Below are positions 13,640 to 26,658 of a DNA stretch of 64,000 bases, piece after piece. The DNA lies in the NCBI RefSeq assembly GCF_006345805.1, contig NC_042999.1:75392001-75456000 (forward strand), given 5' to 3'. This stretch comes from Octopus sinensis (Eukaryota). Each line of letters begins with the position of its first letter. Position 1 is the first letter of the stretch. The notes under the pieces were generated by a model that did no database searches, was not told where the DNA came from, and saw only the letters and a list, made by a program, of their open reading frames with translations. A program made the position numbers and the translations under genes.

Positions 13640-13792
13640 TATATACACACATGCATGTACATGTCTACATATATATGTATATATACATACATATATGGGT
13701 ACAGGACGTCAAGAAAACGTGAACAAAATGAGAAATGAGGACATAAACAAAAGCATGAAAAACGAACTTTTTTTCGAACAACGAAAGAAACA

Positions 13793-13930
13793 AATAGAGA
13801 AACGAGATAGGCAACATAAAGAAGAATCCCTTCATCAGTTGTCCCCTGTTTTATTCGAAACGCGGAGTAGATAAAACAGGGGACAACTGATGAAGGGAAT
13901 GTTCTTTATGGTGCCTGTCTCATTTCTATA
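13793..13930. repeat. Hairpin palindrome from head-to-head copies of a CTGATGAAG-containing repeat
   Basis: Perfect 27-bp arms 13828-13854 / 13871-13897 around a 16-nt loop; imperfect extension outward. Confidence 0.9.
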
Positions 13931-14114
13931 CACATGCACACTATTTGGTCACAGACACACACACACGTATAGACATGCACACACACACCACCTGAACAAG
14001 CACCCACCACGTTAGACTCACTCGCCCCCATTCACACATACACACTCACACACAACATTCTCACATACACACACACGCTTGCACACATTAGTTCTCAGGA
14101 GTCACCATTACCGT

Positions 14115-14285
14115 TCGAGCTGGTAGAATCGTTAACGCGCCAGGCGAAATGCTTAGCGGTATTTTGTCTGTCTTCGCGTTCTGAGTTCAAATGCCGTCGG
14201 GATCGACTTTACCAGTTACTCACTGGGGATTGATGTAATCGACTGGGACACACCCCTAAAATTTTGGGCTAGTGCTTATAGTAGA

Positions 14286-14286
<1 letters not shown>
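14115..14286 (+). mobile_element. SINE family B
   Basis: cgagctggtagaatcgttaac...gaaatgcttagcggt...gttctgagttcaaat...gatgtaatcgact. Confidence 0.8.
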
Positions 14287-14354
<68 letters not shown>

Positions 14355-14374
14355 TATTATTATCATCATCATCA

Positions 14375-14470
<96 letters not shown>
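14286..14470. repeat. (AAT)n switching to (ATT)n
   Basis: Direct inspection; lies between a SINE tail and a Dong tail. Confidence 0.98.
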
Positions 14471-14473
<3 letters not shown>

Positions 14474-15260
14474 AAGTTTTATTTTTATAACGTGCTTTGA
14501 CTGCACTACCGAACGCAGCTCTGTGTGCCTTGGGTATGTGCTGTGGTTTGCTGCGATGCTCTTATGGTTACTGTATTGAAAGTGTTTTACGTAGGATGTG
14601 TGCAGTGCCTAGTGGTGCTATTTTCTGTATGTTATCTATATTTGTTAGTCCTGGTGTTTTTGTTATGTATTTGTCTGAATATTTTTTTATCATGCCTAAT
14701 GCGCCCACTATGATAGGAATTGTTTCTGTTTTTAGACTCCACATTTGAGTTACCTCTATTTCCGGGTCTTTGTATTTTGAAAGTTTCTCCATTTCTTTTA
14801 GACAAACTTTGTCATCTGCTGATATTGATACATCAATTAGAAAGCATTTTTTCTTGATGATCTCTGACAACTATTTCTGGCCTATTGACCTTAATTTCTC
14901 TATCTGTGTGTATTGGCATATCCCATAGTATGGTTGCTTTCTTGTTTTCTGTGACCTTTACTGGCGTGTGCTTATACCGTCTTTTTTCAGTTGTTATTCC
15001 ATAGTGTTGGCATAGCTTCCAGTGTATGTAGGTCCCAACTCTGTCGTGTCTGTGAATATATTCCTTCTTAGCCAGGACTGGGCAGCCAGAGATAATATGA
15101 TTTATTGCTTCTTGTCCATCTCCATATATTCTGTACTTACTTGTTATGTTTCTTTTCATTATATGTTTTTGGTAATTTCTGATGGGAAGGCTTTGGTCTT
15201 GTGCTGCAAATAAAAATCCTTCAGTGTCCCTTTTATTCAACCTTGTTCTTCTAGTCATCT
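14471..15260 (-). mobile_element. 5'-truncated R4/Dong-type LINE fragment
   Basis: EGFLFAAQDQSL, NHIISGC, RHDRVG, ILWDMPIHTDREIKVNRPEIVV, then (frameshift) FLIDVSI...KLSKYKD...PIIVGALG. The 3' end abuts (TAA)n. Confidence 0.9.
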
Positions 15261-15289
15261 GGCCATCTCTCCGTTTTTTTTTTTTTTCA

Positions 15290-15428
15290 TTTTCTCTCCA
15301 TTTTCCCCCTCTTAATCCTTAAGAGCGTAGGCTTGAAACGTAAAAGACTACTCCATGACTTCCGAGTAGTGAACTAATGGCCTGCTTGTTTTTCCTACAC
15401 CTAGCTTCGTCTTTTGTCTTCTGTAAAT
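15290..15428 (+). mobile_element. Same hammerhead-like repeat, copy 2 (decayed)
   Basis: aagagcgtaggcttgaaacgtaaaagac...ctacacctagcttcgtcttttgt. Confidence 0.55.
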
Positions 15429-15614
15429 TTTAAGGGTGTCACAAAAGAACTGGTTGGATGCCCAATCTTCCGAGTTCTTTTACTGGGCTTAGAAAAACTG
15501 AAGGACCACTGCAATAAGTGTGTAAATCTGAGAATATGTTGAATAAAATCATAATTAACTGACTCTCTTGTATTTTCTTTTACCCAAAGCCAGGGACTTT
15601 TCTGTACCCCCTCG
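15429..15614 (+). mobile_element. Second copy of the mariner MITE, left TIR lost
   Basis: Near-identical interior (gggcttagaaaaactgaaggacc...atatgttgaataaaatcat) and right TIR. Confidence 0.75.
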
Positions 15615-15788
15615 TGCACATACATACATACATACATACATACATACATACATACATACATACATACATACGTACATGCATGCATGCATGCATACATACA
15701 TACATACATACATAAATACATACATACGTACATACATACATACCTATATATATATATAAACACACGCGCGCACACACACACACACACA

Positions 15789-15819
<31 letters not shown>

Positions 15820-15881
15820 CACATATATTTCTCTTACTGTTTTCTCTCTCTCCTCTCTTCCTCTTCATCTATATGTGTGTG

Positions 15882-15954
<73 letters not shown>

Positions 15955-16620
15955 TGTGTTCCATTGCTAGTTAGCTACCTACTTTTGTTTGCGGCACCAT
16001 TTTCCTATCTGCCTTGGTCTCTCCTCTCCTCCCGTTTTGAAACTCTACTTTTCTTCTTCTCCGTCTACTAAGCTAAACGTTTCGCCAGAAAACAAAGCCC
16101 AGCCATACTGTTGAGACACACTCACTCCCCCCCCCCATGTTGTCTCTGTCACGTTATATCTGTTTCGAGTCCATCAAATCACTAACTGACTTCGGAAATC
16201 AATGTCGGTTTATAGCATCAGATTGCTATCCAATTCCAAAAGCTCTGTGCAACATCCATTGATGCCTCATTAGTCTTGAGAACTACGTATGCAAATAGGC
16301 TCTTTTGAAATGGTCTTCATTTCCGACAAACTCCCCACTCAGCTATGTAAAACAATTAGGCGGCAAATTGAAATTCCTTATTTCTATGCGGTCTTTTTGT
16401 TTTGCTTTTAGCGATTGGTGTGGAGTTTGTGGTGGTGGTGGTGGTGGCTGAGGTGGTGATGGTTGTAGTAACAGTGGTGGTGACGTCTGTGTTGGATAGT
16501 AATGTCTCTCATCCTCCTCTTCCCTGTTTTAAAGCGAAGTGTATATGCATATGTGTGTGTACGTGTGTGTCTGTATACGCCCATACATATTCAATAACAC
16601 ACATATGTACTCATTTTCTC

Positions 16621-16654
<34 letters not shown>

Positions 16655-17439
16655 ATATATATATATATATATATACATATATATGTGTGTGTGTGTATGT
16701 GTGTGTCTTAATTTGATGGTAGCTATGGAAACCAATGACAAAGTCAAAAAGAAAATACTCAAAGAAAATATAATGCAAACACATTCTTCTCTTCTTTCTC
16801 TCTTCTCTCTCTCTCTCTCTCTCTCTCTATCACACAGAGCAAGTAATCTAAAGCCACAGAAACAACGACAGTGGCAATAGTAGTAACAGTAGCAGTAGTA
16901 AGGTGTATCTCTACTACAATTGTCATCACCAAATAGTACTATCAGGAAGGGCTCCTAAATCTAGGAAGCCACTGTTTGGTTATTCACTTGATATATAAGG
17001 AGCAGTGACGAAACCCTCATCAGCTAATAAAGATATGATCACAAGAGAAATATTTTTGATTACAAGTCTACACTCTCTCGGGGCTGATCTGGAGGTAAAC
17101 AACAGCAACAACAACAGCAGCAGCAGCCGTCCAAGAATTTGGACCTTGAGATCTCCATTTCCAGCGACTTCGAGGGCCACCTCCCAGTGGTGTCGGGCGT
17201 CAACGAAGAGCCCTCGACTACAACAAGACGACCAAAGTTTTTTTCTTTTCCAAGGTCAGGGGTCTTCCGCCCCTACGTCCTAGACCATCACCTTATCACC
17301 CTTATCCGTTTTGTTGATTAACAACAACAACAACAGCAGCAGCAGCAATAACTACAGCAGCAACACACAAATTGCAATAGTAGCAGCAACGAGAAGAACA
17401 GTAGAAACAACAACCAGGCATTTATCTGATTACCGACAA

Positions 17440-18830
17440 ATGCTTTTTTTTCAGGCACGGGCAAATAGACGAGGTGTGAGTGAAGAAAGTGCATTTTATA
17501 CATATGTTGCACCCAAGTTTTTTTTTAAAGTTTTGCAACATAGTATCAACTATGACCTTGTAATTTGAACACTTATTGTTTCCCCAAAAAGTTCTCGACA
17601 ACACATTTGAAGCTCACCCATGCCCGTTTCTGAGATTTATTTATGGATTTCTCATAATCTGGGCCTTTCATTAGTTTACGAATGTCAGGACCAACAAATA
17701 TTCTTTTATATTTGGGAATGTTTTTGAGAGATACTGCAAACATGGTCCGTCTACAGGCAAAGATTTAACAAACTGTTTCATTAGACCCAGTTTGATGCGC
17801 AAAGGTGGTAGCAGTACTTTTGCAGGTTCAATCAAGGGCTCGGGCAGAATGTTTTTGAATCGAGGTAACAAACTTCTATGAGGCCAGTTTTAGAAGCATG
17901 GCATTTTTGTGTAGCCGGCCTGCTGGCCTAAAAGCATGCCTATAATTCCGAAATTTCCACACATTTACCAGTGGTATTCTGCATACTTTATATTTAACAA
18001 AAGTTTTTTTTTACACTTTCATATGTCTCCTTTAGTTATACAGAATATGCCACTGAAATGGATGAATACTTATTTCCATTGTGTAGTAAGACAGCCTTCA
18101 AACTCCTTTTGGAGGAATCAATGAATAGCCTCCATTCTGAGAGATTGCTCTTGACGTCAAAATAGTTTAGCAGGTTTGGAATATTACAACAAAACACCGT
18201 TGATTCATCCTCTGCAAAGAATGGTAACAACTCGTGTTCCCTGTGACGACACCAAAAGAAAAAGGTTCCCGGTAACAAAAGCTTTTTCAAATTCAGCCTA
18301 GAACCAAGAAGTTCAGCTGCATTCTTTGGTAGGTTCAAATCTCCCACCAAATCATTGAGCTCTTCCTGTATAAATAATTGTGGATATTAAATTTTGTCAG
18401 GCGTGTAGTCATCACCTTTTTCACATTTGTCTTCTTCATTATCATCTGATGTAACATTTTCCAAAACAAGTGGTGAGAGAGGAACTGGAACGTCGACCCT
18501 AAGAGCAATATGCTGTATAGTCGAAGGAATAAGATACATTATCTTATGTTTATTTTTTGCACTGTACCCATCAACTTTAGTAATGCAGAAATAACAATCG
18601 TCAACGTGGTTACTCGGCTCTCATCATATCACTGGTATTCCAAACGGCATTTCTTTTTCCTTACTGGCTTTCCAGAGTTTCAGCTCCTCCACTGAAGTGT
18701 GACATACTTTATGGGGAGCTCAAGGTTTGCAAAATATATAAGCAAAATATAGATTTTTACAAGATCAGTTATACTTTATCTCTGCTTAATGACAACATAC
18801 CTGCCACAAAAAAAAAAAAAAAACTAGATA
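17440..18830 (-). mobile_element. Decayed DNA transposon, Chapaev3-like (CMC) transposase
   Basis: PHKVCH, MPFGIPVI**EPSNHVDDCYFC (WREP..H..DCYFC), DLNLPKNAAELLGSRL, WRLFIDSSKRSLKAVLLHNGN, KVLLPPLRIKLGLMKQFVK, KMHFLHSHL. Transposase origin is clear; the superfamily name is from memory. Confidence 0.72.
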
Positions 18831-19091
18831 TGATGCAGAAAACAAATAACAGATCTGAAATCAACATAAAATATTGCTTTAAAAAGTTATGTAGAGATTT
18901 AAACATAGAATATCATGCTGACTTGTGTTATCAAGCGGTCGCACTACAAGAACATTCAGTGTAATTTTTCGTAAGGTGTGCCATTCAGAAAGTCCCGTGG
19001 CGGCACTTTGCCCATGATTGTTCTACGCGATCGTTTGACTTACTAGATATGGCAGCCAAACTTAACCCTTAAAATACTACCACCGTATTAA

Positions 19092-19305
19092 AATAATGCT
19101 TTCTATTAGAGGTACAAGGCCTGGAATTTGGAGGAGGGGGCTAGTTGAATACACCGGTCAAAGTGCTCCACTAGCACTTATTTTATTGATCCGGAAAGGA
19201 TGAAAGGCAAAATCGACCTCGGTGGAACTTGAACTCAGGACTTGAAGACGGGCGAAATGTCGCTAAGCATTTCGTCCGGTATGCTCACAATTCAGCCAGC
19301 TCGCC
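19092..19305 (-). mobile_element. SINE family B
   Basis: Reverse complement ggcgagctggctgaatt...aaatgcttagcgac...gtcgattttgcctttcatcctttc. Confidence 0.8.
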
Positions 19306-19817
19306 GCTTTTGGCCATTCTGAATTGTGCGGCTTAAGAAAGACTGTATCTGAAAACTGAAATAAGACTGAATGACCTTGTCTTCTCACATCTATATGGGA
19401 CCTAAAATAATTAACGAAAGCATAGTAAATGCTTCTATGTCATATTCGCTTGCGAGCAGTGTGTTGATTGGTAAAGGATTTAGTAGTTTTCTGCCTTGCT
19501 ATGTTTTGTATATTTTCATGCTTAGTTCCTTGATGCTGAGTTTTGATGCGCGTTGTCATGGTGCGTTGTGTTCTAGGTTATCCCTATATTTTTTTAGATC
19601 GCCAATGTAATTAGTTCTATATTTATTCATATTGTTTTGTGGGATATGTCTTTTTGAAAATGTCTATAAATATTTCGTAAGTACAGCAGTATGTATCACT
19701 GGGCTTTTGTTAATTTCTGCAAACTTTGATTCTGTTTGAAGATGGAAGTGGTTTCAGCAAGTTTTTAGGAAGTTTATGATTGTTTGTTTTTATTATATCT
19801 ATTGATCTGTATATTGC

Positions 19818-19853
<36 letters not shown>

Positions 19854-19859
19854 ATGTAT

Positions 19860-20150
19860 GTGGTCGGAAGAGGACCGGAGAATTGTTCACCACGTAGTGT
19901 GGTACAGAAGGGGAAGTTTGGAGAAGAGTTATTGCAGTTAGCTTGATGAAGCTAGCAGAGGTGTTGGTTCGGGTTGCTTAGAATGTAAAGGAATTTTAGT
20001 TGTAATATTATTGTCTTACTCTGTGTATTCTGGATCGTTTTCATTTTAGCATGTGATGTGTGCATTGAAGTCTCCTCCAATTACGTTGGAGCTTTTATAT
20101 TTGGGCTTTGTTGAGCTGTTATATTTGGGGTGTTTAACACGATCGGAGTG
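19860..20150 (-). mobile_element. Decayed APE endonuclease remnant
   Basis: Minus strand gtaattggaggagacttcaatgcacac = VIGGDFNAH (about 20060-20090). The flanking 19420-20760 looks like further retroelement debris. Confidence 0.5.
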
Positions 20151-22711
20151 CTATTTATACTGATAATACGTTTCGTGTGATTCCTTTCATTATGAATGCT
20201 TGAATTTCATGAATATTACAGAACTCTGTTAATGGTTACATTTCATTAGTAATATACATATACTGGATGAATGATTTCATGTTTATCATAAGGCTTTCTT
20301 CCTAGGTTGAGTTGTCCTCTCTTAGAGTTATGTATTTTAGAAATAAAAAAAGCTCCGCGTTGTTTGTTATTTCATTTCTAACGACGTGATTGTGCTACAA
20401 CGATTTTTAAAAGTTCCTTATCTGTATTTTAAGCCTTATTACTGTATTGTCGTATGTTTAGATTTTTATTTTGTGTATATAGATTATACATTTGCTGTTT
20501 TGGCTGCAACTGTGTATTTTATGTGTAAGTGCGTTTATTTACGTTTGTTGTATAGTTTCACCATGAGGATATGAACAAATGTGTGAGGCAGGATAATGGT
20601 AGCACTTCCGGTGTTCTTTGTTGTATTGTTGTAACTTTGGGGGTTTGTTTATGTGAGCTGTAGATATTCTGTATTGTTCTGCATATGCATTATCTAATGA
20701 AGGAAGCTGGGATACTATTTACTGATGAGTGTTTTGTGGGAATTCAAAGCTGAGGTCAGATTTTTCTATGGTCAAGAAACCATCAAAATAAAAGAAGTGA
20801 TGTAGTAACAATAAAATCTCCAGCAGAGCTCATCGGAGTTACTTAACAGCAACAACAATAACATCACCGAACACTGTGAAGATAACATAAATACGACCTT
20901 TTACTTCCTCTGTGTATGTGTGTGTATTATGTCGTATGAACATACGAGCGCGCACGTGTTTGTGCGTACATGTGTATGTGTACGTGTGTGTGTGTACGTG
21001 TATGTGTGTATGTGTGTATACTGTTGCTATAATAGGCTTTAAGTGAAAAATTATGCAATAGAACCAGACATTCACTAAAACAAAACAAATGCTATCGTAT
21101 TTTCCATCACTTGATGGTCTATCAATAAAAGCAGTTGTAAAAATGATTAACTGTGACTGAATGAATTAGCCATTATTCTAAGACATAAACAGCTTGAAAA
21201 CAGTTTCAGTTATAACAGCGGTTGCTTGGTTAATCAAGATTACATTAACTGAATACAGCCGTGTAAGTTATCACCACAAATGTGGAAACAAGCTTATGGA
21301 GAGTAGAGGCCAAATTTCATATTCTAATTTTCATTATCTTCCGAAGATCAGCAGCTAGAAACTCAGAATAATAATTTTTGTAGGTTCAGCTTACAATACA
21401 TTAGGCCTTTAGAATTTCAATATCAAGCACTTACTTCTCATTCTCATGTTCCCATTTACGTGATTATTATAATAAGTAGAAAACTGACAAAGACAGAAAA
21501 TAACTGGCATATTGAATTTTTGGAAGAAATGTCTCTATTCTTTCTCATATATATTACTTAAAATGCCCCATGAAGAGACATGAAGAGTTTATACGAAGAA
21601 TGTCATTGCTACATGTTTTTCGACAAAAGTAATTTTAGTATTCACTCCGATAAACAAGTGAGGGGATTTCCTGGAAATGTGTGAAAAAGCATTTAAAAAA
21701 AATGTAAACTTGTAAAATAGTAAGCTTTTTTTTCAAAACACTTTAAACAAGCTTTTAACATCTTTCTAAAATTCTGCAAAAGCTGATTTTTGTTTAGGCA
21801 AGACAAAAAATAATGTTTACAGAACAGACAGAAACATCTATCCAATAAAATTATATTTAAATAAAATTTTGCACATACATTTATAAATCTGCAAAGCCTG
21901 AAACCAAATACATTGCCAGTAACTTTAATACACACGATAAAGTAGAACACTTAGTCCACGTCCACCATGCATTACACTTAAGAATACAAAGTTAATTTTT
22001 CTAATAAGCCTGAATGCAGGTTAATTATTTCCAAAAATGAATTATAGTTGGCAAGTTCATTCTAGATTTCATTATATTTAGGATGAAATATCCAATTTTT
22101 CTCTCATTTCGGAGCAATAATTATGTCTCTAATAGAATGATTTAACGGATCAGCATCAAACAACGTAGCAAATTTGCATAACTTGTCATAATAGAACTCT
22201 ATTCTTGTATTATTATACATCCTTTTTCTGAAATTTCTTAAATCGAATTTGCTATTGAGATCATTATGCACGCAGGGAAATTATCTTGATTTGAGCCAAA
22301 AACTGAGGTGAATTTTTTTGATGTTGACATGGGGCACACACAAGCGCTAAAATATGCGAAATTATTTGAATCTACGTGTCGAATATTTTTAAAAGCGTTT
22401 TCGTGACTTGCGATGAGTTTTATACAAAATCCACCCTCGTTACTACAGGCTCAGCTCACATAAACTGTCATTAGCTGCATAGAATTATTCAGAAAACTAT
22501 GGTAGAGAATTACCGTTGATATTAAATCTTTTATATAATTTTCTAGATATTACTTCAAATTAAAAGAAGAGTTAAGTTCTTCCTTGCTTAAAATCTAATT
22601 AAAGATCATTGTATATAAACAACTTCAATTACTTCTGTACCATTCTAAGTATATTCTGCTTATGATCAGTCAAAACCAAATTCATTTTCTCTTGCGTTTT
22701 CATGTTTGGAT

Positions 22712-22785
<74 letters not shown>

Positions 22786-22786
22786 A

Positions 22787-22832
<46 letters not shown>

Positions 22833-22932
22833 ATATATGCATGTATATATGTATATGCACACACATACGCACGCACGCACACACACACACGAGGCACTCC
22901 ACATTTAGTAAGACTTACCTATATTACTATTT

Positions 22933-23069
22933 AAAACTACTTGATTCAACCCCATGCAACTTAAAATTTCGAGAGTTTCTTAAAGAAAATCAGTTCATTG
23001 AGTTCGACGAATTTGGCTACTGAAAAGAGCATACGAAACTCTGAGTTGCAAGGGGAATCAAGCTGTTTT
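22933..23069. repeat. About 140-bp imperfect hairpin element
   Basis: aaaactacttgattcaaccccatgcaactta vs tgagttgcaaggggaatcaagctgtttt; gagagtttc vs gaaactctg. Confidence 0.7.
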
Positions 23070-23129
23070 AATAATCAATAAATGATGATAATAATAATAA
23101 TGATAATAATAATGATGTTGATAATAATA

Positions 23130-23219
<90 letters not shown>

Positions 23220-23228
23220 TCTACAAGA

Positions 23229-23298
<70 letters not shown>

Positions 23299-23813
23299 TA
23301 TACGTGTGTATACATTGATAAATTTAGTCAGACGTTTTACAAGCACGAATCCCTGAGGGTGAAAGAATTATTTACATGTATGTATGTATGTATGTATGTA
23401 TGTATGTATGTATGTATGTATGTATGTATGTATGTATGCATGCATGTATGTTTTATGTATTTTTGTATGCACGTATGTATTTCATCTTATCGAATGCATG
23501 TCAGCAAGTATGTCGATTGAAATTTGAGAAACGTGTTGGTGATAGTGCTATCACATGTGTTGTGAAGAGATGCAATTTGTAAGCATGTATTCATGTGCAT
23601 GCGTTTGTGAACGTGCGTGTATGATGTGTGTATGACCCTGTGTAATAATGTATCTAAAAAAAAGTTCAAAACTTTTTTATAGCCATCCTCACCCGGACAA
23701 AAAAATAAAATAAAAGGACAAAGAATACAGAGAAAAAAAAGCGCATAAAAACAAAAAAAATCGAAAACGGTAATTAATAAATGGAAAAGACCTTTGATTG
23801 ATTTATTTATTTG

Positions 23814-23861
<48 letters not shown>

Positions 23862-26404
23862 GATGCTGTCGCGTTTTTGTTTTGTTGCTTTCCCCGTTAG
23901 GTGTTTCCGGAAGTTAAAGAGCGGGTCGGGCATTTTCATTGTGCCTGAAAGATTTTGCGAGTATGATACTCTGGATCCGGGTTCTAGTCTCTCTCTCTCT
24001 CCATCTCTTTCTCTCTTTCTCTTCTCTCTTCTTCTTTTCACCTCCTTCTCTATCTATCTCTATCTCTTTCCGTACTTCCTTTAGTTTAATCAACTTTGAC
24101 ACTATCTCCGGCACGCCGTCTCTCTCTATTGATGCAGTCACGGCACGCTCACCGAATAGAAGCGCCATCTATTAATTAGGCCGCATGCAGACGTTCTGTG
24201 AGCCACCTTGAAACACAGTCATTAAGTCATCTCGATAAAAGCGCGCAAAACTGCTTTACATTATTGCTGCAGTGTTGTCGGTGTCAAACAGAGTGTGTGC
24301 GTGTGTTGATGGTGCTGACTGTGAGGCGGTATTGGAGGTGTCGGTAATGTCATTCGTATCGGCTGTTCTTATTGTCGTCGTCACCATCGCCATTGTTGTT
24401 GCTGTTGCTGCTTTTGTCGTCTTTTTCTTGTTGTTGGTATTGTTATCACTTTAATTGTTATTGCTATTGTCGTTATTTGTGTCGTTGTTGTTGGCGGTGG
24501 TGCTGCGAGAGGTGATGTAGGCGGTAGTGGAGGTGGTGGCGATGGTGATAAAGGTAGTGATGGTGGTGGTGGTTGTGGTAGTTGTGTGTCAGTGAAACCG
24601 CTAGTGCAGTAACTACACCGATTATATTTGCATGCAGTCAATGTTGGTTCATTGGCTTTGTTGTTGCCGGTATTGTTGTTTTAGCCCGGGCTAAACCCCA
24701 CCTATCAAGCTGACCTATAATAAAAGACACTCCAGCACATTCCAGCCATGACCATTTCAACTTTTTTGTTTTGTTTATCAAGGAAAGCATTTCACAACGT
24801 ATCCATCTATATTTTCGATGGAAGGGTGCGATATGAAGAAAACTTGACTGCTATTTCTAACGTAGGGACACATTTATTGGCTCACTGCTCTTTATTTGCC
24901 CCTACGATGCTGCAATTACTGGTAGTGCTTCTGTTATTGTTGTTGTGGCAATTGTCATTCTAGCCATGACCATCCTGTCTTTCACTCAACCATACTAAGT
25001 ATATCAGATTATATCATACAATACGCTACTTCCTTCTTTGAAAACAAAATCAGTAGAATGTGAACTGAGAAAGATTTTGCTGCTATTTTTAGCAGTTCAC
25101 GTAAAAGTCCTGTGGTTGAGTCATTGGTGTTTAGCTCTATGTCGACCATAGCGTTCTAATCGTGGCCACCTCGATTTTTTTTTTATTCAAGCATAGTGTA
25201 CTCATTAACCAATATGCTCCTTTTATTGAGACAACAAGGGAGTTTTAGTTGTATTTTCTAGCACGATAATTGACCACGTAAAGGTTACTATTCGTGATGT
25301 TGGAGAGACTATTCGGTTGTTGAAGGTACTTCAATTGTTTTTATTGCAATCATTGTTTTTGTTATTGTTGTTGCTTCTTAATTACGTTGCAATAGTTGGC
25401 ACAGTTACCCCTACTGTTGTTGTTGCTAGTGTTCACGAGGATAATGATGACAACGATGACGATGTCGGCGACATCGATGATGACGACGACGACAACGATG
25501 AGGACGGGTACGACAACGACGACGACAATGACGACGACGTCGACAACGACGACGTCGACAACGACGACGACGTCGAAAACGATGACAATTACGATAATAA
25601 TGACAACGTCAATGGCAACGATAACGACGTCGAATACGATGACAATTACGTCAATAATGACATGTCAATGACAACGATAACGACGAGACGACGATTATGA
25701 TGATGTTTGTTCGTAGTTGAAAATACCTTTGAATAAATGCATTTAAGCTGTGACAACCTCGTCTTTTTGTTATTTTTCAAGTAGCATGCATCGGGGACTA
25801 CATTATCAAATCTGCTCTTCTCCTTCTAAAACGGTATGATATGATTCGGAGGAGATGTGGCTGTCATTTCCAGCTGGTCAAAGGATTGTGTTCAGAGTCC
25901 CCGAATTTGATAGTGAAACAGTTATAGCAGATGATGTTACTACTGTTGATATATTTTGTGACTAGTGAAACTGTGAAACTGTTAAGCACTTAATTATGTT
26001 GTTGCTTCTGATACCGAAGACTACGTTGTTATTGCTATTGTATTTTCTCGATGTTGTTACAATAGCGGTATTGGTTCAGTTATTTCCATAGCTGCTGTCT
26101 TCTTCTTCTTCTTCTTCTTCTTCTTCTTCTTCTTCTTCTTTCTTCTTCTTCTTCTTCTTCTTCTTCTTCTTCTTCTTCTTCCAATCAGGACTCACGCCAT
26201 TAGCTACAAAGAATAATCTCTAATTCGCGCCAACTCTAAGCTACTAAGAATGCGTGTGGCAACTTGAAGATCCACCCACCACACGTGATAGACTGGCGGT
26301 TGCACTGGCGCGAATGCTACGTTGTTATCCTCATTCCGTAAACGGTGACTTTTAACGGGTGGAGAGCTGAACCATCCTGGGGTACAGAGGATTCGCAATC
26401 TAGA

Positions 26405-26658
26405 CAAGGGTCTGAAAGTTTACCACACCATTGTGGGTTACACCATGGTTCCTCTGCTTTGTGGCAGAAGTAGGAAGAAAGAGTGAGAAAAAGTTGTGGT
26501 GAGAGAATACAGCTGGGTTCGCCCCCCTCCGCCGGTGCCTCGTGGAGCTTAAATGTTTTTACTCAATAAACACTCACAATGCCCGGTTTGGGAATCGAAA
26601 CCGCGTTCTTACGACCACAAGTCCGCTGCTCTAACCACTGGGCCATTGCGCCTCCACA
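26405..26658 (-). mobile_element. tRNA-derived SINE, family D-like head
   Basis: gtggaggcgcaatggcccagtggttagagc...ggtttcgattccc. Confidence 0.75.

Noticed and set aside
16980-17321. GC-richer block with short ORFs and an 8-bp hairpin (tcgagggc/gccctcga)
   Set aside because: No domain or second copy; the CTGATGAG on the minus strand lacks a downstream GAAA, so it is not a hammerhead.
21100-21300. Possible hAT dimerization-domain remnant on the minus strand
   Set aside because: Only a faint resemblance to PATSATAERSFS...RLN; too weak without a profile search.
25317-25700. Asp/Asn-rich 127-aa ORF
   Set aside because: Degenerate (GAC/GAT/AAC)n triplet repeat with a TTG start, no splice context and no domain.
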